Position numbers and translations under genes: made by a program. This document shows, one piece after another, positions 25,979-36,301 of a DNA stretch of 64,000 nt. Position 1 is the stretch's first letter, and each line of letters begins with the position of its first letter. This stretch comes from Elusimicrobia bacterium CG1_02_56_21 (GTDB lineage: Bacteria > Elusimicrobiota > Elusimicrobia > Elusimicrobiales > UBA9959), in NCBI GenBank assembly GCA_001871115.1, contig MNUR01000129.1, forward strand, positions 3,869-67,868. Reading direction: 5' to 3'. The notes below the pieces were generated by a model. The model saw only the letters and a program-made list of their open reading frames with translations. It was not told where the DNA came from and made no database searches.

Positions 25979-27721
25979 ATGAGTTCATCCCCAGTAATAG
26001 AACTTATCAGGGAAAAACTGGACATCGTAGATGTCGTCAGGGAGTATGTCCCGGCCCTGAAAAAGGCCGGCCGGAACCATAAGGCTCCCTGCCCGTTCCA
26101 TAACGAGAAAACGCCTTCTTTTACCGTCAGCCCCGACAAGCAGATCTTCCACTGCTTCGGCTGCAACGAGGGCGGGGATATCTTCTCTTTTGTAATGAAG
26201 ATAGAAGGCCTCACCTTCCCGGAGGCGGCCAGGAAGCTGGCCCTTAAAGCCGGGGTAGAATACGGCGACGAGCGCTCGCACGCCATGACCGAGTCGGACA
26301 AAGAGCGCCTGGAGATAAAGAAGCTCCTGACGGCAGCCGCGGCTTTTTATCATAAAACTCTTTTCACCGCCGCAGGAGAGAAGGCCCGCCTTTATCTCGG
26401 AGAGCGCCGCCTGAGCAAGGCCACAGTGGAGCGCTTTGAACTGGGCTGGGCCCCGGCCGGAGGGAAAGCCCTGATGGACGAGATGAAAGCCCGGGGCTGG
26501 AGCCGCGACCTGGCGCTCAAGGCCGGCCTGATAACCGAACGCGAGGGCGGCCTGGCAGCGGACACCTTCCGCGGCCGCATCATGTTCCCGATACGCAACC
26601 AGGCTGGAGATACAATAGCCTTCGGCGGACGCGTCCTGAACCCGGAGTCCCAGCCCAAATATCTGAACTCTCCGGAAACAATTTTGTTTTCAAAGCGGCG
26701 CACCCTTTACGGCCTGCATGAGGCCCTGCCCCAGATACGCAAGTCCGCCAAGCTGCTGCTGCTGGAAGGCTATATGGACGTGATAGGCGCCCATCAGCAC
26801 GGAGTAGACTGGGCGGTAGCCCCTCTGGGAACCGCTCTTACCGCGGAGCATGCCGGGCTTATAGGCCGCTACGCCAAAGATACCGTAGTTATGTTTGACG
26901 GCGACCGGGCCGGGATAAACGCTTCGGTGCGGGCCGCCGAGATCTTCATGGAGGCCGGGCTCTATGTGCGCCTGGCGGACCTGGGCTGCCCCCTGGATCC
27001 CGACGAATTTTTAAACGAGTACGGCCGCGAAGAGTTTGAAGCGAAGATGGCCGAGGCCTCGGACGCCCTGGAGTTCCGCATGAACCTGTTTTTCAAAGAC
27101 AGGAAGGCGCCCCCCACCTCGCAGGAGAAGGCCCAGGCCATAGCGGTGCTCCTGGAAACAGTGGCAAAGCAGCCCGACGAGATCTTAAAGAGCGAATGGG
27201 TGAAGTCCCTGGCCACCCGCTTCGGGGTGGAGGAAGCCTCGGTACATAAGCAGCTGCGAAAGGTCCCGGCCGCCGCCCCGAAGGAAGTAAAGCGCGGCGG
27301 AGCGCAGGAGGCTGAAGCCGTCCCCCCGATAGAGCGAGGCTTCCTGCAGCTGCTCCTCAGGGATCCCTCGCTTATTGAAGGAGCGGCCATGCTTGAGCCT
27401 GAAGATTTTTCAAGCCGGCTCGCGCGGAAGATTTTTAACGCGATACGCGCCCTCGCGCCCGGAGAAAGGGCCAAGGCCGCCACTACCCTGGCCGCACAGT
27501 TCCCGGAAAACTCCGCCCTTATAATGGGGCTTGCCGTGACGGACCTGGGGGCAGAAACCTCGGCGGCGCAGAACTCGGCCGGGGCAATAAAGATGCTCAA
27601 GCGGTTTTCACTTAAAAGGCGGATCAAGGAACTGAAGGACGCCGAACCCATGACACCCCGGCAGTTCCAAGAGTACAGCAGACTTATGTCCGAGCTTAAA
27701 TCCTCGGTTAAAGAAAAATAG
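25979..27721 (+). CDS. dnaG: DNA primase
   Basis: ORF trimmed to MSSSPVIELIREKL (ATG 25979). Zn finger CPFHNEKTPSFTVSPDKQIFHCFGCNEGGD. TOPRIM LLEGYMDV and FDGDRAG. Confidence 0.9.
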   Translation: MSSSPVIELIREKLDIVDVVREYVPALKKAGRNHKAPCPFHNEKTPSFTVSPDKQIFHCFGCNEGGDIFSFVMKIEGLTFPEAARKLALKAGVEYGDERSHAMTESDKERLEIKKLLTAAAAFYHKTLFTAAGEKARLYLGERRLSKATVERFELGWAPAGGKALMDEMKARGWSRDLALKAGLITEREGGLAADTFRGRIMFPIRNQAGDTIAFGGRVLNPESQPKYLNSPETILFSKRRTLYGLHEALPQIRKSAKLLLLEGYMDVIGAHQHGVDWAVAPLGTALTAEHAGLIGRYAKDTVVMFDGDRAGINASVRAAEIFMEAGLYVRLADLGCPLDPDEFLNEYGREEFEAKMAEASDALEFRMNLFFKDRKAPPTSQEKAQAIAVLLETVAKQPDEILKSEWVKSLATRFGVEEASVHKQLRKVPAAAPKEVKRGGAQEAEAVPPIERGFLQLLLRDPSLIEGAAMLEPEDFSSRLARKIFNAIRALAPGERAKAATTLAAQFPENSALIMGLAVTDLGAETSAAQNSAGAIKMLKRFSLKRRIKELKDAEPMTPRQFQEYSRLMSELKSSVKEK

Positions 27722-27743
27722 CAGCGGGAATTAGGAGACCATT

Positions 27744-29453
27744 ATGGCGCAGCCAAAAAAAGCTTTACGTGACCTTGTAGAACTGGGCAAGGAGCACGGC
27801 TACATTACCCTCGAGGAAATGAACCGCTCGCTCACCAACGCCTCCATGTCCAGCGAGGAAATAGACACGCTGATGGGCACGCTGGAAGACCTCGGCATAG
27901 AGGTAGTAGACCGCAAAAAGTTCAAGATGGTGGCCGCTTCAGAACGCGAAGCCTACACCGAAGAATGGAGCGCGACTCCCGACGTTTCCAACTCGATACG
28001 CATGTACCTGTCCGAAATGGGCAAGGTCCCCCTGCTTACCCGCGACGAAGAAGTAACGCTGGCCCGCAATATCCGCGAGCGCGAGCGCGAGCTGCGCATG
28101 ATGGTGCTTGAATCCCCCATAACGATGCGCGAGATCCGCAACTGGGAAAACCTGATAGAGCAGGACGAGATGACGACCAAGGAGCTGATGCCCCGCGGCC
28201 GCAAGTCCAACCAGGAACTTTCCGCGATGAAGCGCAAAATGAAGAATATCGCGCAGCTCATCACCCGCACCGAGAAAGAGATAGCCAAGCTCTCCGAGCG
28301 CGCAAAGAGGCCCTCCCTTTCAAACGAGATGCGCAAGAAAACGGAAGCCATTATCGACAAAAAGCGCAAAGACATCGTAAAGAACATCATCAACCTGGAC
28401 CTCAACCAGGAGAAGATAAAGCGCCTGACCAACAAGATAAAGAACCTGGCGCACAAGATACACGAGTACCGCCTCGAACTGGAAAAGTACCAGAAGATCT
28501 ACGGAGACCTGGTCAAGCTGCAGCACGACCACGAGATGGTGGGCCGCGGAAAACTCAGACCCGGAGCTTTCAAGTCCAAATGGGGCTACAACCCGCAGGA
28601 AGTTGAGGCCGCCCTTGAGAATATCAAAGCGGTAAAGGACCGCGAGCATCACCTTATCCGCACCCTCCCGATAAACCCCGACGACTTCCTGTCCCTGAAC
28701 GAGAAGATCACCTTCCTGGAGGACCAGATACTGCAGGACAAACTCAAGCTCATCAGGGCCAACCTCCGCCTGGTGGTATCAATAGCCAAGAAACACGTTA
28801 ACTCCAACCTCGAGCTTTCCGACCTGATACAGGAAGGCGGCCTGGGCCTGATGAAGGCCGTGGAGAAGTTCGAGTACAAGCGCGGCTTCAAATTCTCGAC
28901 CTACGCCACCTGGTGGATACGCCAGTCCATCAACCGCGCCATAGCCGACCAGGCCCGCACCATCCGTATCCCGGTGCATATGAAGGAACTGGTCTCGAAG
29001 CTGATGAAGGTGACGCGCAAATACCGCCAGGAATTCGGCCGTGATCCGCATATTGAAGAATACTCCAGGCACATGCACATCTCCATGGACAAGGTGAAGA
29101 ACGCCATGAAGATAATGCAGGACCCGATCTCTCTTTCGACGCCCATAGGAGAGGACGAGGACTCCCACCTTGAGGACTTTATTGAGGACAAGACCGGGTT
29201 ACCCCCCTCCCACTCCGCCCTGGACCTGCTCCGGCGGCGCGAGGTCACGAAGATCCTCGACACCCTTACTGACCGGGAAGCAAAGATAATAAAGCTGCGC
29301 TTCGGCATAGAGACCGGCTACCCGAGGACCCTGGAAGAAGTAGGCAAGATCTTCCGTGTAACCCGTGAGCGCGTGCGCCAGATAGAAGCGAAGGCCATCC
29401 GCAAACTCCGCCACCCTTCCCGCAGCAAGATGCTGCGTGACTACTTAGACTAA
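27744..29453 (+). CDS. rpoD: RNA polymerase primary sigma factor
   Basis: AGGAG 6 nt upstream. Region 2 [14 protein letters not shown], region 4.2 [30 protein letters not shown]. Confidence 0.95.
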   Translation: MAQPKKALRDLVELGKEHGYITLEEMNRSLTNASMSSEEIDTLMGTLEDLGIEVVDRKKFKMVAASEREAYTEEWSATPDVSNSIRMYLSEMGKVPLLTRDEEVTLARNIRERERELRMMVLESPITMREIRNWENLIEQDEMTTKELMPRGRKSNQELSAMKRKMKNIAQLITRTEKEIAKLSERAKRPSLSNEMRKKTEAIIDKKRKDIVKNIINLDLNQEKIKRLTNKIKNLAHKIHEYRLELEKYQKIYGDLVKLQHDHEMVGRGKLRPGAFKSKWGYNPQEVEAALENIKAVKDREHHLIRTLPINPDDFLSLNEKITFLEDQILQDKLKLIRANLRLVVSIAKKHVNSNLELSDLIQEGGLGLMKAVEKFEYKRGFKFSTYATWWIRQSINRAIADQARTIRIPVHMKELVSKLMKVTRKYRQEFGRDPHIEEYSRHMHISMDKVKNAMKIMQDPISLSTPIGEDEDSHLEDFIEDKTGLPPSHSALDLLRRREVTKILDTLTDREAKIIKLRFGIETGYPRTLEEVGKIFRVTRERVRQIEAKAIRKLRHPSRSKMLRDYLD

Positions 29454-29454
29454 A

Positions 29455-29482
29455 AGAAATCGAAGATCGAAAATCAGAAGAC
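29455..29482 (+). repeat. short GRRRRTC heptad array (agaaatc gaagatc gaaaatc agaagac) in the rpoD 3' UTR
   Basis: Read directly. It is in the same sense-strand phase, and shares units (agaaatc, gaaaatc), with the array at 56401..56477. Confidence 0.5.
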
Positions 29483-29518
29483 AAAGAAAGACCCCGGGGA
29501 AGCCCGGGGTTTCTTTTT
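29483..29518. terminator. bidirectional rho-independent terminator (rpoD / convergent membrane gene)
   Basis: accccggg-gaag-cccggggt 8-bp stem, flanked by an A-rich run upstream and ttcttttt downstream. Confidence 0.85.
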
Positions 29519-29535
29519 ATCCGAAGCGCGGCGGT

Positions 29536-30219
29536 TTATTTTTCTTCTTTGTTTTCGGTGAAAAGGTTCATGAGGACGTCATGCGCTATCTCCCTGGCGC
29601 CGAGGCCCACCGCGATGGCGAAAGCCAGGCCCAGCGAGGCCAGTATTATATTAATACCGCCGATGATCATCTTCATCTTTATGCCGAGCTGTTCAATAGC
29701 GGCGATCAGGGTGAATACCACTATAACGAAGTGCACTATCTTCGAGAGCGAGCGGCCGCCCCGCAGATTATTGGAAACGGCGGAGCTAAAAACTATCTCT
29801 GCCATAAAGCGCGCGAACAGCAGACCGCCGAAGCCTATGAAGATAGCCGCCATCAGGTTGGGCAGGAAGTCCACGAAGCGCCTGAGGATCTCGGAAATCA
29901 CGGTCAGGTTGAGTATGTTTGCCGCGGTAACCAGGAAAACAAGCAGCAGGGCCCAGTAGATCACGAATGAAACGACCCTGGTGGGAGACTTGCCCAGGCC
30001 GAAACGGATAAGAATCTCGTTCACTCCGACCCGGCTGGTATAGGAATCAAGCTTTATCCTGCGAAGGAACTGCTCAAGGATGGAGCTGACCACGCGCGCG
30101 ATAAAAAGACCGAAAAGAACAAAAGTAAAAGCGGCCACAAGCTTGGGGACATAAGTGGAAAGCCTGGCCCAGACTTCAAGCATAGGCTGCAAAAAGGGTT
30201 CCGTTATTTCATTAAACAT
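29536..30219 (-). CDS. membrane protein of the TM-helix-repeat / small mechanosensitive-channel-related type
   Basis: 227 aa with 4-5 TM helices and a repeated helix pattern (V..F...L.F...A). GGAGG 6 nt upstream of the ATG. Confidence 0.4.
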   Translation of the reverse strand: MFNEITEPFLQPMLEVWARLSTYVPKLVAAFTFVLFGLFIARVVSSILEQFLRRIKLDSYTSRVGVNEILIRFGLGKSPTRVVSFVIYWALLLVFLVTAANILNLTVISEILRRFVDFLPNLMAAIFIGFGGLLFARFMAEIVFSSAVSNNLRGGRSLSKIVHFVIVVFTLIAAIEQLGIKMKMIIGGINIILASLGLAFAIAVGLGAREIAHDVLMNLFTENKEEK

Positions 30220-30268
30220 TAGCTGCCTCCGTCTAATCCTATTCTATTATTTATACTCCCGGGAATGC

Positions 30269-30293
30269 AAAAAAACCCGCCGGCAAGGCGGGT
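30269..30293 (-). terminator. rho-independent terminator after the 30318..30830 gene
   Basis: acccgcc / ggcgggt stem. On the minus strand it is followed by TTTTTTT (plus-strand A-run 30269..30275). Confidence 0.8.
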
Positions 30294-30317
30294 TTTTCAG
30301 GATAAAGCGCGCTGCGC

Positions 30318-30830
30318 TTAAAACGTATTCTTTACTTTTACAGGGTCTGAATGCAGCGGCTTAGCGGACCGGGTCTTCTTAAAGGAAGGACGCCCCTTGA
30401 CGCGCACCGCCGGGCTTTTTGAGACGGGGGCATCGCGCAAGGTTTCAGGGGCCGCGTTTTTTTTAAGCTTGTCGGCGCGGATAACCTCTTTAAGCAGCTC
30501 TCTTGAACCCTCGCGGTAAAGAGGGTCATTAACGGAACTAAGGGCGTCGAAATCAGTGTAGCCCGGGATACCGGCTTTTAACTGCTCGGTTGCGGAAGCC
30601 TGAAGCCCCGTTAAAACAGGCAGTTGGGAATCTGAAAGAACGCCCGGCTGCTCATTTGCTGAAAGTATGCGGGGAATATCGCGGGCCACGGAGCCCGGGC
30701 AGGCGCCTGAATCAACGCAGGATTCTGAAGGAGTGTTCAGAGCCAGCAGGACATTATTTTCCGCCCCGGCCGGCCCGGATAAAACAATAATAACAGCTGC
30801 CGCCGCTACAAAGCCAGATACCTTTAACAT
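30318..30830 (-). CDS. hypothetical secreted protein
   Basis: ORF trimmed to MLKVSGFVAAAAVIIVL (ATG 30830, GGAGG 5 nt upstream). Signal peptide, no recognisable domain. Confidence 0.45.
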   Translation of the reverse strand: MLKVSGFVAAAAVIIVLSGPAGAENNVLLALNTPSESCVDSGACPGSVARDIPRILSANEQPGVLSDSQLPVLTGLQASATEQLKAGIPGYTDFDALSSVNDPLYREGSRELLKEVIRADKLKKNAAPETLRDAPVSKSPAVRVKGRPSFKKTRSAKPLHSDPVKVKNTF

Positions 30831-31033
30831 TAAAACCTCCGGTGCGATTGCGATGATCATGTTTATATTATGGGATAATAATCACCGTAGCGGAAGTGGC
30901 TGAAGACCTATACCTTTATGGGCCTGATGGGCCCAGTGCCCGCAAAGACCGGAAGGGGTTCATCGTAAGGGAGACCATATTAATCGTATAATAAATTACC
31001 CCCCTGCCGAACCGCGTAAAAGCCTTTTATTAT

Positions 31034-31062
31034 TTGCCTGTTTCGATTTTTTTTGGTAGTAT
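31034..31062 (+). promoter_or_regulatory. sigma70-type promoter of rplU-rpmA: TTGCCT-N17-(TGg)TAGTAT, with ATG 9 nt after the -10
   Basis: -35 at 31034..31039, -10 at 31057..31062 preceded by TGG. The ATG at 31072 is preceded by atacatact (no SD). Geometry is identical to the rplM promoter. Confidence 0.6.
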
Positions 31063-31071
31063 ATACATACT

Positions 31072-31383
31072 ATGTACGCAATAATTGAAACAGGCGGCAA
31101 GCAGTACTGGGTAGTCCCCGGCGAAATTCTTCAGGTTGAGAAACTCACGGACCAGGAAGGCGCGGAAGTGACCTTCAAGGCTCTGTGGTCAGCCTCGCAG
31201 GATGCAAAAACCGTCGCGGCCTCAAAGTCTCCCGCCGCCAAAGTAACCGCCCGGATAGTCCGGCATCTTAAGGGCCCGAAAATAATTGTTTTCCGCAAGA
31301 AAAGCAAGAAAGCCTACGAAAAAGGCTCGGGTCACCGCCAGGAACTGACTGAGATAGAAGTTAAAGATATCCAGTTGGCATAG
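31072..31383 (+). CDS. rplU: 50S ribosomal protein L21
   Basis: MYAIIETGGKQYWV canonical L21 N-terminus. Confidence 0.95.
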   Translation: MYAIIETGGKQYWVVPGEILQVEKLTDQEGAEVTFKALWSASQDAKTVAASKSPAAKVTARIVRHLKGPKIIVFRKKSKKAYEKGSGHRQELTEIEVKDIQLA

Positions 31384-31452
31384 TTTTTGGCCGTTTGTTG
31401 GCAGGCGCCTCCGCAAGGACCGTCACCAGCTTTTTACAATAGAGGTTCATAT

Positions 31453-31713
31453 ATGGCGCATACTAAAGGACAAGGTTCTAGTAGTAACGGACGCGACAGC
31501 AAGGGCCAACGCCTTGGTGTCAAGCGCTACGGCATGCAGGCCGTAAAAGCAGGAGAAGTGCTGGTTCGCCAGCGCGGAACCAAATTCCTGCCCGGAGAAA
31601 ACGTCAGGCGGGCTTCGGACGATACCCTTTTCACACTGGTAACGGGCGTCGTTAAGTTCGAGTGGGCCAAACGCGGCAAGAAGCAGATCAGCGTCTATCC
31701 CTCCGCGCAGTAA
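31453..31713 (+). CDS. rpmA: 50S ribosomal protein L27
   Basis: ORF trimmed to [27 protein letters not shown] (ATG 31453), the L27 signature. Confidence 0.95.
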   Translation: MAHTKGQGSSSNGRDSKGQRLGVKRYGMQAVKAGEVLVRQRGTKFLPGENVRRASDDTLFTLVTGVVKFEWAKRGKKQISVYPSAQ

Positions 31714-31776
31714 CCTTTTCACTACCTAAAAGCAGGTGCCGTACCAGGAGCAACGCTCACCAGACGGCAAAAAGGT

Positions 31777-33189
<1,413 letters not shown>

Positions 33190-33210
33190 ACAAACCGCTG
33201 AGCGGAATAA

Positions 33211-33241
33211 AAAAAGGCCCGGATCACCGGGTCTTTTTTTA
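33211..33241. terminator. bidirectional rho-independent terminator (obg / ompA-like)
   Basis: A6-ggcccgg-atca-ccgggtc-T7. Confidence 0.8.
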
Positions 33242-33270
33242 TCTGAAAATACGGGGCCGCGCGGGAGTAC

Positions 33271-33759
33271 TCAATAAACCGTACCCCATTCACGGGTCGT
33301 TATCCTGAATTCTACCCTGCGGTTAAGGGCGCGGGCCTGCTCGGTAGTATCCTTAACTACCGGGATTTTCTCGCCGTAGCCGTAGACCCGCACCGAATCA
33401 GGGTAGACTCCCTTGGTAGCCAGGTACATTTTTACGGAGCCCGCCCTCCTGAGGGACAGGTCCTGGTTATATTCGTCCGAACCTACGTCATCAGTATGAC
33501 CGGAGACTATCAGCTTCAACTTATTATACTTAAGAAGAACCTCGGCGACCCGGTCCAGGAGCGGGCGGGAGGATTCCAGAAGCCGGTCCGAGCCGGATTC
33601 GAACTCTACAGGCGGGACCTGCTTGGAAGAGACCATGTCCAGAACAGAATTAAGCTCCAGCTCCGCCCTGCGCGCCTCCTCCTTTTCTGCCGGAGACAGC
33701 TGCTTGGCGCAGCCGCAGCAGATCAGTATACCCGCAAGACCGATAAGTATTTTTCTCAT
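33271..33759 (-). CDS. OmpA/Pal-like peptidoglycan-binding lipoprotein
   Basis: Lipoprotein-type signal (LAGILICCGC). OmpA C-like motif GHTDDVGSDEYNQDLSLRRA ... NRRVEF. Confidence 0.85.
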   Translation of the reverse strand: MRKILIGLAGILICCGCAKQLSPAEKEEARRAELELNSVLDMVSSKQVPPVEFESGSDRLLESSRPLLDRVAEVLLKYNKLKLIVSGHTDDVGSDEYNQDLSLRRAGSVKMYLATKGVYPDSVRVYGYGEKIPVVKDTTEQARALNRRVEFRITTREWGTVY

Positions 33760-34826
33760 ATAGCCCTCCCCTCGTAATTGCCGCCGGTTATAGAACCGAT
33801 CAGGGTCTCTCTACGGAACCTGTAGCCGCGGGAGAAAGCCGTGTTGCTGAGCAGCAGCGGCGGCGTTGCCGCGATCGTTGAATAAATGCGGTTGCGCTTG
33901 ACGCGCGGAATATTTTCCGGATCCAGCAGGTTGGAATGAGCGACTTGTTCAAGCGTATCCATAGCCCAGTAAACCGGCCAGATCGCCGCCGCCCGCAGCG
34001 ACATCTCGGTTTTAGGAATGGCGGAAACAAAGGCCTCGCACTGATCCAGCCTGTCCAGTACCCAGTACATCCACTTTACGGTTATATCCCGCAGTCTGCC
34101 CATATTGGAGGCCAGCAGCAGGTCTGACGGCTTTAAATTCCTGGCAGCCAGGTCTTCCTGCGGTATATAGCAGCGCCCCAGTCTCAGATCTGCGGCAAGA
34201 TCTTTAAGGATATTGGTCATCTGCAGGGCTGAGCCTAACATTTCAGCATCCCTCGCGGAAGGAAAGTGCGAGTAAGCGCCGCCAGAGCTCCGGATAGCCT
34301 CCCGGTACAGGCTTGCCCAGAACACGCCCTGAGAGCCGCCGATATTTGCGCAGTAACTCTCGAGGTCCCGCACTGTTCTGAAAGCCGCCGGCTCCCCCCC
34401 GGGAAAGGTTCGGACTTCGGTCTCCATACCGGCGGCGACTCCGCGGAGCAGTTCCGCTATAAGTTGCTTGTTTCCGGGAGGAAAAGAAGAATAAACCGAA
34501 AGAACCTTGCCGAATTTAAGAAGCAGCTCTCTCTCCCCCTGCTCTATGGGCAGCGCAGCAAATCCGCGTATATCGGCCAGGAGAGCAGCGGCGCTTTCAG
34601 TGTTGTCCAGCTCACGGGCAAGGGCAAGCACCTTGAGTTTTTCTCCCTGCTGGCCCCGGGGGGCTGAAACGACGGTATCCAGGGCCCTGCAAAGCAGGTA
34701 ACCCATGCTCATGGAGGTCCGCACCGGCTCAGGAAGTATGTTCAGGCTGAGGTAGAGCGTGCGCGAGACCTTTTTAAGGATAACCTTGATTTCGCCGGAG
34801 ATATTGGGTCTGTCGCTTTTTTCCAT
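33756..34826 (-). CDS. squalene/phytoene synthase family protein with atypical first Asp-rich motif
   Basis: YLLCRALDTVVS (family expectation RALDT.ED/D..D), YCANIGGSQG, LQMTNILKDLAADLRLGRCYIP. ATGA overlap with the downstream ompA-like gene. Confidence 0.6.
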   Translation of the reverse strand: MEKSDRPNISGEIKVILKKVSRTLYLSLNILPEPVRTSMSMGYLLCRALDTVVSAPRGQQGEKLKVLALARELDNTESAAALLADIRGFAALPIEQGERELLLKFGKVLSVYSSFPPGNKQLIAELLRGVAAGMETEVRTFPGGEPAAFRTVRDLESYCANIGGSQGVFWASLYREAIRSSGGAYSHFPSARDAEMLGSALQMTNILKDLAADLRLGRCYIPQEDLAARNLKPSDLLLASNMGRLRDITVKWMYWVLDRLDQCEAFVSAIPKTEMSLRAAAIWPVYWAMDTLEQVAHSNLLDPENIPRVKRNRIYSTIAATPPLLLSNTAFSRGYRFRRETLIGSITGGNYEGRAI

Positions 34827-34978
34827 ACACCTGAATTTTACAAAACTTGCGTTCGCCGACTACACTTTCATTTTTGCTACGGACACTTTCTTGTGCCGTA
34901 ACAGCACTATGTGCATTAGACCTATGGTCATGCCGTATCAGGCGCTATGCGCTTCAGACGGCCGATAGCTATGAAGGT

Positions 34979-36301
34979 CTAGACAGGCCTTCCTACCCTC
35001 TCAGCTTGGCGCAGGCCCCCGACAGCTATCCCTTCAAGTCCGAGGCGGCTGTAGACTGGGGCGGCATGAGCGGAGATCTCGTTAAGCTTAGAAGCAAATC
35101 CTGCCGTGGCTATCAGCACAAAAACACCGCTGAGACTCATAGTATGCGCCACGCCTATCCTGCTTGCGGCCCAGCCGGCCAGAAGGCTGCCGAAAGGGGC
35201 CATACCCATGAAGGCGACGGAATATAGCGCCATAACCCTGCCGCGCTTATCATCCTCTACCAGGGTCTGCACTACCGTATTCCCGGAGGCCATAAAACTT
35301 ATCATCCCGAAGCTCGAGGCCGCTATAAAGAGCGCTGAAAGAAAAATATTGGAGGAGAAGGAAAAAGCCAGCAGGCCCAGGCCGAAAATCCCGGTGAACA
35401 GCGGTATGCCGCGTTCCAGGCCGGCAGGGTGCCTGCGTCCGGCCAGCCGGAGAGCTCCGGCAAGAGCACCGAATCCGGAACAGCCCATTACAAAGCCAAG
35501 CGTCCCGGGCCCGCCGTGCAGGATGTCCCTGACATAGGCCGGCATCAGAACTATATAAGGAATCCCCAGCAAGCTGCCAACCGCCAGCATCAGTATCACG
35601 TATTTTACCGGAGGAAAGCCGAATGCGTAGCGGAAGCCTTCCGAAAAACCGCCGCGCGCACTCCCCCCGGCTACTCCGCTGCGGCGCGGCGGAAGGCGCA
35701 TAGCCAGTAAAGCCGCGATGACGGCGGCGTAGGAAAGTGAATTTATCAAAAAGCAGACGCCTTCGCCGAAAGCGGCGATGCAGACCCCGGCGATAGCGGG
35801 CCCGACGAGCCTGGCGGCATTGAACATGGAGGAATTCAGCGCTATGGCATTGGCCAGGTCCTCACGCCTACCCACCATTTCTACCACAAAGGACTGCCGC
35901 GCCGGGATGTCGAAAGCGTTTATAAAACCGAGGACGGAAGCCAGAGCTATTATCTGCCAGACCTGCGGCGTGCCGAACAGCACGAGCAGCGCCAGTGTCA
36001 TAGCCTGCAGCATAGAAAGAACCTGCGTAAGGATCAGGATCTTTCTCCGGTCAAACCGGTCCGCGGCCGGCCCGCTAAAAGGGACCAGGAGCAGGCTGGG
36101 CGCCTGGGAAGCAAAGCCCGTTATCCCGAGCAGCAGGGTGGAACCCGTAAGCCGGTAAACCAGCCAGCTCAGCGCAACGCTCTGCATCCAGGTTCCGATA
36201 AGGGAAATGATCTGGCCGCCGAAAAAAAGCCTGTAATTGCGGTATTTAAAAGCCCTGAGCATGAGGGCGGATTTTGAGAGAGGCCCGGATATATGGGGCA
36301 T
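34979..36301 (-). CDS. MFS transporter (EntS/MFS_3-like)
   Basis: 440 aa, about 12 TM helices, N-terminal FKYRNYRLFFGGQIISLIGTWMQ typical of this MFS subgroup. Confidence 0.7.
   Translation of the reverse strand: MPHISGPLSKSALMLRAFKYRNYRLFFGGQIISLIGTWMQSVALSWLVYRLTGSTLLLGITGFASQAPSLLLVPFSGPAADRFDRRKILILTQVLSMLQAMTLALLVLFGTPQVWQIIALASVLGFINAFDIPARQSFVVEMVGRREDLANAIALNSSMFNAARLVGPAIAGVCIAAFGEGVCFLINSLSYAAVIAALLAMRLPPRRSGVAGGSARGGFSEGFRYAFGFPPVKYVILMLAVGSLLGIPYIVLMPAYVRDILHGGPGTLGFVMGCSGFGALAGALRLAGRRHPAGLERGIPLFTGIFGLGLLAFSFSSNIFLSALFIAASSFGMISFMASGNTVVQTLVEDDKRGRVMALYSVAFMGMAPFGSLLAGWAASRIGVAHTMSLSGVFVLIATAGFASKLNEISAHAAPVYSRLGLEGIAVGGLRQAERVGRPV

Noticed and set aside
30831-31033. 200-nt divergent intergenic region containing the hairpin gggcc-tgat-gggccc. 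Considered as a small ncRNA or an L21-leader-like element.
   Set aside because: I recognised no conserved ncRNA motif (SRP, 6S, tmRNA, riboswitch cores). The rplU promoter lies at its 3' edge, so the region is upstream of the TSS. It most likely holds the promoter of the divergent gene.
34827-34978. AT-richer 152-nt spacer upstream of the squalene-synthase-like gene. Considered as a riboswitch or leaderless promoter (ttgTAAAATtcaggtgtATG).
   Set aside because: There is no acceptable -35 or extended -10 register. AGGTG sits only 1 nt from the ATG, so the start and promoter are ambiguous. No known riboswitch core was recognised.
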